DNA of 64,000 nucleotides from positions 1 to 64,000 of the IMG/VR virus record IMGVR_UViG_3300025098_000019; one strand, given 5' to 3'. Positions 10,185 to 19,300 of this stretch are shown here, one piece after another (positions within the stretch are counted from its first letter, which is position 1; each line of letters opens with the position of its first letter). The notes beneath the pieces are model-generated. The model saw only the letters and a program-made list of their open reading frames with translations, was not told the DNA's origin and did no database searches. This DNA is from a virus. The translations under genes and the position numbers were made by a program.

Positions 10185-11471
10185 TTAGTTTCCATATTTT
10201 TCCTTAAAATATTTAACTTCAGGATGAGACATTGTTGCTAAATGTTTACAGTTATATTCAACAATGTCTTTTACTTCATGTGTAAATTGTACTTTCTTCT
10301 CGTCAGACCAATTTGCAATTTCTTCTACTATCCTATTTATTTCTTCCATACGATCATCATTGTTAACAATTTTATCGTACCCTTCGTTCCACCATTTATC
10401 AAATGTCTTAAACCCTACATCTTTAAGATGCTGTAAACTGTAAGGTGCTGACATCATTATAAATGGTTGTTTAAATGCTATTGGCTTATATGTTTTTTCA
10501 TTAAGATGTATTTCTGGAGTAAAGAAATTTGTCTCACTAATAATGTTAATCATCGAGTCTTTGTAATATTGTTCAACGTCATTAGCACTTGACTCCATTG
10601 GATACCTATCAAAATTAGTTGTGTCTAAAATAAGCGGAAGTACCTTTTCTGAGTCTACAACTTCATCGGCTGTGATTTCAAATTTTGGATGTTTGCGAGC
10701 AACTTGTTCTATATTACTTTTGAAACTTGCACCTGATTCAGGTTGTTTGTTAGACATGCTCATATAAAAATTATCTAGTAAGCCTTTACGCCACATGCTT
10801 AAAAAGAATACCAGTCGGTGATCGCTCCATCTTCGCTGAAAGCAAAGAAAATCTTTTTTTCTAGGTCCCGGAATATAAGGATTATTTGCTCTATCTCTTA
10901 AAGGTTCTTCAACACCTGTTTGATGTATTCTGCAAGTTGGAATATACTCTACATTTAATAAAGGGGACTTTCCTCTTGCTTCGCAGTAAGCATTATACAT
11001 TTCATTAGCATTAGAACAATTAGTAACATAAATTACTCTGTCTAATGGTATGTTATAATGAGTAAAAAAGTTTATCAGTTCATCAAATAATTGATTATGA
11101 ACCCAGCCTTCAAATAAAATTGTAATTAAAAAATAACCGTTGTTTGCAAGAAGGTAATCTATTTGTCCGGGTTCTCTTAACTGATCAGAAAAAGGTCCGT
11201 CATTGATGCTAAAAATTTTTCGCCAATTTCTATAATGATAGGTTGAAAAGTTTAATTCATATAAAACATTACCTTTAGGTATTTTATGGCAACTTACAAG
11301 ATTTGCATCATTGCCAAATATTTCATAAAAATGAGGGTCTTGTAATAAATCTCCAGGAGCACTTTTTCCAAATTGTGCTCGCAACAGATCTATCATTGTA
11401 GGTACTCTATTATTGGTTATAGGTCCTTTTGGGCCTATCCATTGAAATGCAAAATTTAACGACTTAGACAT
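10185..11471 (-). CDS. Hypothetical protein, putative GT-B-like glycosyltransferase ('TEKT' family)
   Basis: NIISETNF...LNEKTYKPIAFKQPFI...LQHLKDVGFKTFDKWWNEGYD. Confidence 0.6.
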   Translation of the reverse strand: MSKSLNFAFQWIGPKGPITNNRVPTMIDLLRAQFGKSAPGDLLQDPHFYEIFGNDANLVSCHKIPKGNVLYELNFSTYHYRNWRKIFSINDGPFSDQLREPGQIDYLLANNGYFLITILFEGWVHNQLFDELINFFTHYNIPLDRVIYVTNCSNANEMYNAYCEARGKSPLLNVEYIPTCRIHQTGVEEPLRDRANNPYIPGPRKKDFLCFQRRWSDHRLVFFLSMWRKGLLDNFYMSMSNKQPESGASFKSNIEQVARKHPKFEITADEVVDSEKVLPLILDTTNFDRYPMESSANDVEQYYKDSMINIISETNFFTPEIHLNEKTYKPIAFKQPFIMMSAPYSLQHLKDVGFKTFDKWWNEGYDKIVNNDDRMEEINRIVEEIANWSDEKKVQFTHEVKDIVEYNCKHLATMSHPEVKYFKEKYGN

Positions 11472-12841
11472 CGAAAACATTCCTCATAAAAATCTTCTAG
11501 TTCTGGAAATACTTCTATAATATTTGTGCCTCTGCGTTTATCATATTCTGTAAACCAAGTATAAAAATTCTTCCTTCCTTTTAGTAGTTTATCGTCATCG
11601 TATGTAGTGTTTTGCATATAGTCTACAACACGTCTAAGACGCTCATACTCCAACGAACTAAACTTAGTACGGTCTGAGTCATCCATATTGTTTTTAATAA
11701 ACTCTAAATGTTTGTGCATATAAGGCATAAATTGTTCTTTAGGAAGTATGTTCATATCAAACTGTAATGGTTCCTTTAAGTACGGAGTATCAAAGCGTAC
11801 TCGTTGCCACTGTGTTTCATTCTCATCTGTATTATACTTTGTGCGCCATTCTAGTATTTTTTCTAATAATAGATCAAAGCTAGTTACAGCAAACAAGTTA
11901 AATGTAATCATAAACGTAACTGGCCAACCGGTATTAGTTAGATAGTAATCTAAATTCTTTTCCCAAAGTTCTACATCTAGTCCAGTACGTGTATACTCTG
12001 CTTTTGGTCCCCACGTGTCAATACTTGTATATAATTTAAAGCTACGTATACAACCCGTTTCTTTAAGATGTTTGACCTGTTTTACTAGTTTAACTACTAA
12101 ACTATTTTTAACACCCATATTACTGTTTATTTCAAGATTAAGATGCGGCTTTGGGTTTGCTTCTAGTTCCTGAAATAGTCTCCAAGTGCTACGGTGCATT
12201 AAAGGTTCGCCACCTGTTACACGCAAGATGTTTAATGTCTTGCTAACTTCAGGCCACCATTCCCACCATGCTTTAACATAAGGGTTATCATCTTCTTCAT
12301 ATAGTTCAAACCAGTCAATGTCATTACGGTGCTCAGTTGAGTCTTTGTATGGACCATGTTGTTTTATTTCGTTGTAGTAACGACTACTAAATTTAGGATG
12401 ACAATAGCCGCACTTAAAGTTACATTCATTTGAGAAATTTACTTCGATATATTCAGGATTAACATCAAAGTTCCAAGGATTAGTTTGTATTTCTTTCATA
12501 CGTTCTTCAGTATGAATACTAGATGTCTTAATGTGCCTGTCGCTTACATAATCTTTGCCCATGCACTCAATATTCCAACAGTACTGACACCCACTTGGTT
12601 TTTCTCCTTGTAACATCTGCTTACGTTCATTTTTCTTTTGAGGAGTATTGTGCAATTGACTTGGGTTAGTGTCTAGTCCTTCTAAAGGAATCTTATGCGG
12701 TGCTGGATGATAACAACTGTGTGTTTCACCTGTTTGCAAGTATATTGTTGTATGGTGCCATTTAGCTAAACAGAAAGTAGGCGAAGTTTGTGCTTCTACC
12801 TTAGGCATAATTTCTTTTATACGTATTAGTTCGTTGTTCAT
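11456..12841 (-). CDS. Radical SAM enzyme with N-terminal twitch/SPASM-like domain
   Basis: FCLAKW...HSCYH...GCQYCW; core CNFKCGYC, VTGGEPL, INSN, EYTR. Confidence 0.92.
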   Translation of the reverse strand: MNNELIRIKEIMPKVEAQTSPTFCLAKWHHTTIYLQTGETHSCYHPAPHKIPLEGLDTNPSQLHNTPQKKNERKQMLQGEKPSGCQYCWNIECMGKDYVSDRHIKTSSIHTEERMKEIQTNPWNFDVNPEYIEVNFSNECNFKCGYCHPKFSSRYYNEIKQHGPYKDSTEHRNDIDWFELYEEDDNPYVKAWWEWWPEVSKTLNILRVTGGEPLMHRSTWRLFQELEANPKPHLNLEINSNMGVKNSLVVKLVKQVKHLKETGCIRSFKLYTSIDTWGPKAEYTRTGLDVELWEKNLDYYLTNTGWPVTFMITFNLFAVTSFDLLLEKILEWRTKYNTDENETQWQRVRFDTPYLKEPLQFDMNILPKEQFMPYMHKHLEFIKNNMDDSDRTKFSSLEYERLRRVVDYMQNTTYDDDKLLKGRKNFYTWFTEYDKRRGTNIIEVFPELEDFYEECFRCLSR

Positions 12842-13731
12842 TTTGCTCTTCTAATTATTCTAGGAGTATTGTTATATACGCTTTTAAAAAACTTAGATCC
12901 AGCTGCATCAAGTTCTGCAATATCAATATCAAGCTCTGACCTTATTTTGTCACCTAGCTCTTGAATTTCTTCAGATAAATTTTCTTCTGTTATCGTTAAC
13001 TGCTTCCAAAACGTATTAAGATATTCAAAGTCACGCACTTGTGCATAGTCCCAGTCGGTACACATAGTCATGTATAATCCTTGTCTGGCGCCTAATACAC
13101 TCCAGTCACCGTTTTCTACATCTGATCCTACTGAGCACCAAATTTTTAATCGATCAAAATTTTGCCACCATACCTTTTTTATATCCGTTGCACGAGCGCC
13201 TTGATCTAATGACATCTTAACACCTTCTCTAAAACCGGCTCTCCATGCCTGCCAAGGTGTCTCATTAGTGTAACTAATACTAAAGTTTTCGTTAAACTGA
13301 TAATATTTGTCGTCGAAGCAGAACTCAACTTTGCCTCGCTCGTCTCCGTCTTCACTATGCTCGTGTGTTTTCATGTTATGTACAAATTTACGTGTCCACA
13401 TCTTAAGACCGCCGTTACCGTACATAAGTCCGTTAACATGTACCTTGCCGCACCAACTAAACACATGATCAGGAGTTAGCCCTAACGTTTCGTAATCAAC
13501 TTCTTGTTGAAAAAACGCAGGATCAACAATATTATCAGCATCAACTGTAATAAAATATTCAGTTTCTGATATATCTGCACAGGCCTTGTGTGCTGCATCA
13601 CTTCCTTCAACACCGTGTACACGTTTAGCCCAAGGTAGTTTGCTACATAAGTCTGCATAATTCTTTTCTGCATTAGGTTCGTCATAACTCAGGAATACAA
13701 CATCCTGGTCAATAACTTTAATTTTAGCCAT
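12838..13731 (-). CDS. GT-A-like glycosyltransferase
   Basis: FLSYDEPNAE, VHGVEGSDAAH, TVDAD (DxD), YGNGGLK, WRAGFREGVK. Confidence 0.7.
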   Translation of the reverse strand: MAKIKVIDQDVVFLSYDEPNAEKNYADLCSKLPWAKRVHGVEGSDAAHKACADISETEYFITVDADNIVDPAFFQQEVDYETLGLTPDHVFSWCGKVHVNGLMYGNGGLKMWTRKFVHNMKTHEHSEDGDERGKVEFCFDDKYYQFNENFSISYTNETPWQAWRAGFREGVKMSLDQGARATDIKKVWWQNFDRLKIWCSVGSDVENGDWSVLGARQGLYMTMCTDWDYAQVRDFEYLNTFWKQLTITEENLSEEIQELGDKIRSELDIDIAELDAAGSKFFKSVYNNTPRIIRRAK

Positions 13732-14281
13732 TAATTACCCCGTATGTATACTTTTCAAACTTCTTATTAGTATATACACTAAATTTAGATAATTCTTCTT
13801 CTTCCTGGCTTATGTACTTAAAGTCTACTGATGCCTGATCAATTAAATCATCTAGCATACACACGCACAACCTATATAAAATATTAGGATTGTTATGCTG
13901 TGTTATACTAAAAGTTAATTTTTGGTTGGGTCTACTTTTTACTGTTGTTAATTGTTGTTTTGTTTCGTCTGATAGTTTAATTGTCCAACATTTTTTAATA
14001 TCATTTTTCCAAACACCTATTTGATAAATTTCTCTTGGGGTTATTTGAAATATTAAATCATTTACTAATAATTCAACTTTTTCTTCTTTTGATACTATGT
14101 TATATGCCGAAGTATTTACGTTGTAGACAACTTTACATAAAGACATTGATTTGCCATGTTCTATAAATTGTATCACATCTTCGTAATCAGTTTCAAAAAA
14201 ATTAGGAAAAGATTGCTCAACATTACTTATAGACTGTATTGCTCCGGTGCCTTCTTCAAAATAAACTTTATACTTTAACAT
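13724..14281 (-). CDS. Hypothetical phage protein
   Basis: 185-aa ORF overlapping both neighbours within the operon; no recognised motif. Confidence 0.7.
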   Translation of the reverse strand: MLKYKVYFEEGTGAIQSISNVEQSFPNFFETDYEDVIQFIEHGKSMSLCKVVYNVNTSAYNIVSKEEKVELLVNDLIFQITPREIYQIGVWKNDIKKCWTIKLSDETKQQLTTVKSRPNQKLTFSITQHNNPNILYRLCVCMLDDLIDQASVDFKYISQEEEELSKFSVYTNKKFEKYTYGVING

Positions 14282-15125
14282 CTGATATACCTAATTTATT
14301 ATTATATGCTTCTACAATACTATCTGTAAGAAAGTCTTTTTCTGTATAGTGAAATATACCGTGTTGTTTAAAGTTTCCAATATATAAGTCTAAATCATCA
14401 GTCAAATATGCTCCAACCTTTGTTTGCCATTTTTCTACTATTCCGGACCAACCTTGTATATTTGGTTTCATGTGTACAAATGCTGGTGCATCTAGTTTCT
14501 TGTTTGTAATAGATGATTCACAGTCTAATATACTAACAGTCATTGCTGATGTTATGTCCATACTTGCAGTCTTTTGTATTAACTGGTTAGTGCCGAATTT
14601 ATAAAACTCTTTCCAATTATTAGTAATAACATCCATCCAAGTATAAAACTCAAGAGCAAACTCGCTTTTCTTAAAATAATGCAATCCAAAATAAGTATTT
14701 GGTAAATTGTATTTTGTAAAACGCTTCCTATAGTAGTCATTAGATATACTATTTCCTCTATAGTCTAACACGTTTGACGTTAGCCATATGTCATAATCGT
14801 TAAACACATCAAAATATGATGTTAAGTCATCTAGTACTAACATGTCTGTGTCTAATACAACTGCATGTTCATATGGAGATATAAAATAAATTTTCCACCT
14901 ATTGTGTATTTTCCATTCATATTTTTCTGCTAGATCGCCCCATGGGATTGGAATAATATGATCAAATAAATGTGTATATTCTGCAGGAACTTTGTCGTCG
15001 GTAATAATTGCTATACTAACATTAGTATTTGTTGCATGTATGCTCATAGCACAAACACATGCTTGTTTTACATAGTCATCAAACTTTGTATTTTGGGCAA
15101 CTAATATAAAGTTTTTATCCATCAA
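14268..15125 (-). CDS. GT-A fold glycosyltransferase (GT8-like)
   Basis: SPYEHAVVLDTDML (DxD) and the late FVHMK histidine motif. Confidence 0.75.
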   Translation of the reverse strand: MMDKNFILVAQNTKFDDYVKQACVCAMSIHATNTNVSIAIITDDKVPAEYTHLFDHIIPIPWGDLAEKYEWKIHNRWKIYFISPYEHAVVLDTDMLVLDDLTSYFDVFNDYDIWLTSNVLDYRGNSISNDYYRKRFTKYNLPNTYFGLHYFKKSEFALEFYTWMDVITNNWKEFYKFGTNQLIQKTASMDITSAMTVSILDCESSITNKKLDAPAFVHMKPNIQGWSGIVEKWQTKVGAYLTDDLDLYIGNFKQHGIFHYTEKDFLTDSIVEAYNNKLGISDVKV

Positions 15126-15936
15126 TAACCTCTGCTAAACTAAACTTGTTCATTACATGTACGCTATTGCCGCTTATTTTTGCTGGAATATATTCATGTA
15201 AAACTTTTTCTTTTTCTAACAAAAACGTAAACTGGTCATCATCAATACTACAAACAATATCTCTGTCAGTAGTATAAAACATAGTACCTGGCATTTTATT
15301 TGCAAAACTACCATCTTCAAAACCATTCATAATATGTATTGCTATACTAAATGCATGATCATTTCTATATACAGGAGTTTGTATTTGGTACACTTGTCTA
15401 TAGTGCTGATAGTTTTCTTGTATATGTTGTAGTAATTCAAAAAATTGTTTATTCTTTTGTGTCTTTGTAAAGAATACACAAGTTGCCCAGTAAAAATCTA
15501 TGCCGGTTTCGCTTATTTTATCAAATTCCGAATAATCTCGATGTCCTGCTAGATCAAATGCATCTTTATAGATCATAAAATCGTATACAGAATCAAAACA
15601 GTTAGATAACACACTGTCTGCAATAATGTAATCAGTGTCAATTAGTAATGTTTTGTCATACGGTGAAAGATCATATGCATACACTCTTTTATCATTCTTA
15701 AAACTTAGAGAATGATTACTAGTTGTGCCATTGTTATAGGTCTTTAAAGTATATTTTTCAGGATCAACTCTTATAACTTTATCAAAACACGTTTCGTCAA
15801 GTTGTGTAACATTATCAGTTACAATACTTGTTGGAAGATTTAGATATTTTTTAATTCGAGCAGAAACATATACTGCTTGTGCAATATAATCAACTTTTTC
15901 ATTATTATATGCAAATAGAAGTACACCTGACGTCAT
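15115..15936 (-). CDS. GT-A fold glycosyltransferase (GT8-like)
   Basis: SPYDKTLLIDTDY (DxD), YRNDHAFSIA, VHVMNK. Paralog-like to 14268..15125. Confidence 0.75.
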   Translation of the reverse strand: MTSGVLLFAYNNEKVDYIAQAVYVSARIKKYLNLPTSIVTDNVTQLDETCFDKVIRVDPEKYTLKTYNNGTTSNHSLSFKNDKRVYAYDLSPYDKTLLIDTDYIIADSVLSNCFDSVYDFMIYKDAFDLAGHRDYSEFDKISETGIDFYWATCVFFTKTQKNKQFFELLQHIQENYQHYRQVYQIQTPVYRNDHAFSIAIHIMNGFEDGSFANKMPGTMFYTTDRDIVCSIDDDQFTFLLEKEKVLHEYIPAKISGNSVHVMNKFSLAEVIDG

Positions 15937-16280
15937 TATAAAATTATACCGTTAGTGTTTCTTTGCGTTTTTAGTCTTTCATATTTGTTAAAATATCCGT
16001 TAGTTGCACTTGCATATGTTTCAACTAGGTCAGATGCAAAATTTTCTAAATTTTCAACTAAGCAAGGAATACTATTGTCGTCTATAATGACAGATTGTGT
16101 TTGCCCAAGTTGAATCATACTTTGACAAAAACTAATTAATTCTTGATCTGCTGTAAACTGACAACCTTTTTGATAGTGTACAAGATCAGCTTGATACTGT
16201 TGTTTGATTATTCGTTTTTGTTGATTAATAACTACCATTAAGTTACTTTGCTCAAGTGCAGCCGAAAGTCTTTGATCCAT
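15936..16280 (-). CDS. Hypothetical phage protein (first gene of the modification operon)
   Basis: 114-aa ORF with AGGAG RBS and TAATG coupling to the next gene. Confidence 0.75.
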   Translation of the reverse strand: MDQRLSAALEQSNLMVVINQQKRIIKQQYQADLVHYQKGCQFTADQELISFCQSMIQLGQTQSVIIDDNSIPCLVENLENFASDLVETYASATNGYFNKYERLKTQRNTNGIIL

Positions 16281-16301
16281 AAGGAACTCCTATTTTACTA
16301 T

Positions 16302-16330
16302 ATTATATAATAAAATAAGAGTTTTGTCAA
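16302..16330 (-). promoter_or_regulatory. Consensus sigma70 promoter TTGACA-N17-TATAAT
   Basis: Minus-strand TTGACA (16330-16325), 17 nt, TATAAT (16307-16302), upstream of the RBS of 16280. Confidence 0.85.
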
Positions 16331-16344
16331 GACATTTATGGATT

Positions 16345-19300
16345 TTAAAGTCCGTTTTCTACGTTGATGCCGTAATAAGCTGTTGCAACAATGTCTGCCG
16401 CACTTGTCGATGACGAAATTTCAATTTTAACAGATCCATTAAACCGATCATTTAATCCTACGTCCCAACGTACAAATCGTTGCTGGCCTTGTGGACCGCT
16501 TAATGGCACAAAAGTATCATCACCCCAACTCTCAACATTGTGAGGTACTTGACGCGGGCGTGGATCAGCTGGATTAGGATTAACTCTTATGAAATAAGTT
16601 CCTGGATTTTGTGACGTGGTCCAAGTATCGTGTAACCCGTTAGTTTGAGTTGCATTGCTGCCTATTCTTACTATGCCGCCATTAGTATCAAATCTCCAAC
16701 CAAGTGTAAGTGCATATTCATCACTTTGTGCAAAGTGGATATTTGGTTGAGAACCTGTTCCTGGTGCAGATATATTTACTGTACCTGTTGCTGAGCCACT
16801 TGCTGGATTAGTCCTGTATGCTACCACTATAACTCCGGTAGCGCCTCTACCAGCATTGTTTGTGCCGCCTTCAGCAGCACAGCCGCCTCCGCCTGCTCCG
16901 TATGGTTGCCCAATTTCAGCACTGCCTGCTTGGCCGCTACTATGTTGTCTTCCGCGGCCGCCATTAAAGTCAGCGGATACTTGACTAACACCACCTATGG
17001 ACCACTCGAAAGGATGATCAGGTTCAACTGTTGCAAGAGCTTCGTTGTATCCTGCACCTTCAACACCAAGGCCTATCAATCCAGCCTGCGCTTGTCCTCT
17101 AAGATTTGGTGCGCCGCCGGAACTTGCTCCTGATCGATCGCTACTAAGATTCCAACCTCTCGATCCGCCGCCTTGATAGTTATTATCGCCACCGCTTCCT
17201 ACACCGCCTTGTGATGCTGGAGCAATGCCCCAATTTGTACCTGAAGTGCTGCCGTCGCCGCCTGATGCGCTAGTGCCACTTGCGTATCCTCGCTCGCCAC
17301 CTGTTGCAGATATTTGAGATTGTCCTGCATTAGGGTTGAATATAGTTGTACCTCCGGTATAACCAGATTGTTTTGCGCCACCGCCTGACGCAGCACCGCG
17401 CCAGCCAAAGCCTCCGATAGTCGCTACAAAAGTAGATATCCCTGATGACTTTTCATATCGTTTTACTGCTGTTCCGCCGCCTCCGCCGCCTGAAGCTACT
17501 TTTTCTCTTCCTGCATCTGTACTTGCACAGCCGCCGCCTCCGCCGCCGCCTATTGCCCAAACCATCATGTAATCCCAGTCATTTTGACTTCTTACATTAT
17601 ATGTAGCACTGCTAGTAATAACTTCTACTGCTACAGTTGATCCACATGCTTGTCCCCAATCTGGAGTGTTAGCACTTTGTAGTGCTGATTCGCCACCGTT
17701 AAAGTTTTGTGCATCACTGTTTTGCTGTAATCCTGCTACACACCAAGTAGATATATCTTGATTGAATCCCTGATGGTGGAAAAACATCTTATTCATGCTT
17801 AACACACTTGTAACGTCCCATGACGAAATATCTTGATTAAACGTTCCTTGATCGTTTGGCGGTTGATTAGACATATTATGTACACACTCAAACATAGATG
17901 TCATGTCAGTAACATTTGACACGTTCCAGTAACTAATATTACTATTAAACAAATGAGCTTGACTAAATGTTCCTTTCATGTCAGTAACATTAGATGTATT
18001 CCAATTTCCAATTGGTCCTACAAATGCTGTTGCATTAAAAAATGTACTGTCAAGTGAAGTAATACTAGAAATATCCCAATCAGATAATCCAGAATTTGAA
18101 CCATCAAAAATGCTGCAATTGTAGAACGTTTCTTTCATGCTGGCGGGTGTATGATTATCAAACGGACTAGATGTATCACTAAAGTTTGTTATAGGACAAT
18201 TTTGGAACATCTGTGAAAAAGAAGTAAACTGAAATTGTCTTCCCCAGTTTGTTACATCTGTAACTTTGCAGCCATTCATATATACCGGCGATGCGGGGCT
18301 AAAGACATCAAAGATATTGAATATTTCTGAACCAAACGATAACTGGCCTCTTCCTTTAAAATCTAGGTAAAATTCGCATGACTGTGAAAACTCAAGCCCA
18401 ACAACATTAATATTAGTAGGGAGTGAGCTAACACTAAGACTATACCAAGTATTATTGTCTAATCCTAAGTTTGTCTCATTAACTGTACCACTTTTTGGAC
18501 GAATTCTTAATTGAAAATCTGAGTTATGTGAATTTACTGCAAAAACAAATTCTTTATCAGACCAATCAAGTCCGCCGAATGAACTTAATTTTGATGCATC
18601 TGGTCTAAAGAATAGGCTAGTGTCAACTACAACTGTAAATGGATCTTCAGATATATCGTACACATTTAATAATCTACTGCTTACTACTGGTTGAGCTGGA
18701 CCATTTCTTCTTAGGTTAACATTAAAAATCATATCGTCGTCAAGTACAGTATCAAGACTTGGAGTTACTGTCCAACAAGGATTTGCTGCCGAGTAAGTTG
18801 ACGCTGAATTATATACAAAGGTTCCAGCAGTTTCATCTACTTGTATTGCGCTTGCATCTGCGTCCCAATATAATGTTTCGCCGTTAAGCTCGCCTTGTCC
18901 AGATTCTAGCCAATATGACACTGATGTACCTTCGTCAACGTTCATACTTGAATAAAATATACTAAAGTTAATATTTGCGCTTGTATCTAAAATATCTACA
19001 CTAGCAGTTAATCCGCCCTGGGCTTGTAGAGTAAAAGTTAATGTTTCTGTACCTTCTGTAATTTCATCTTCTGTCATAGAAAACTGTACTTGAGCAGTTC
19101 CGGCTGCAGAAATTGTCACAGTACCGTTTAATTGTGATAAAGATATATCTTGTAACTGTACGCCAGTGATGTTATATCCAAATACTGTACCAGTAGCAAC
19201 ATTAGAAGTTGCTATATCAAACGTTAATGTGCTACCTTCGCCAACTGCACTAGTAGGTCCTGATATTGAAATTGACGCTTGGTTTGTTGCTGTTCCCGAT

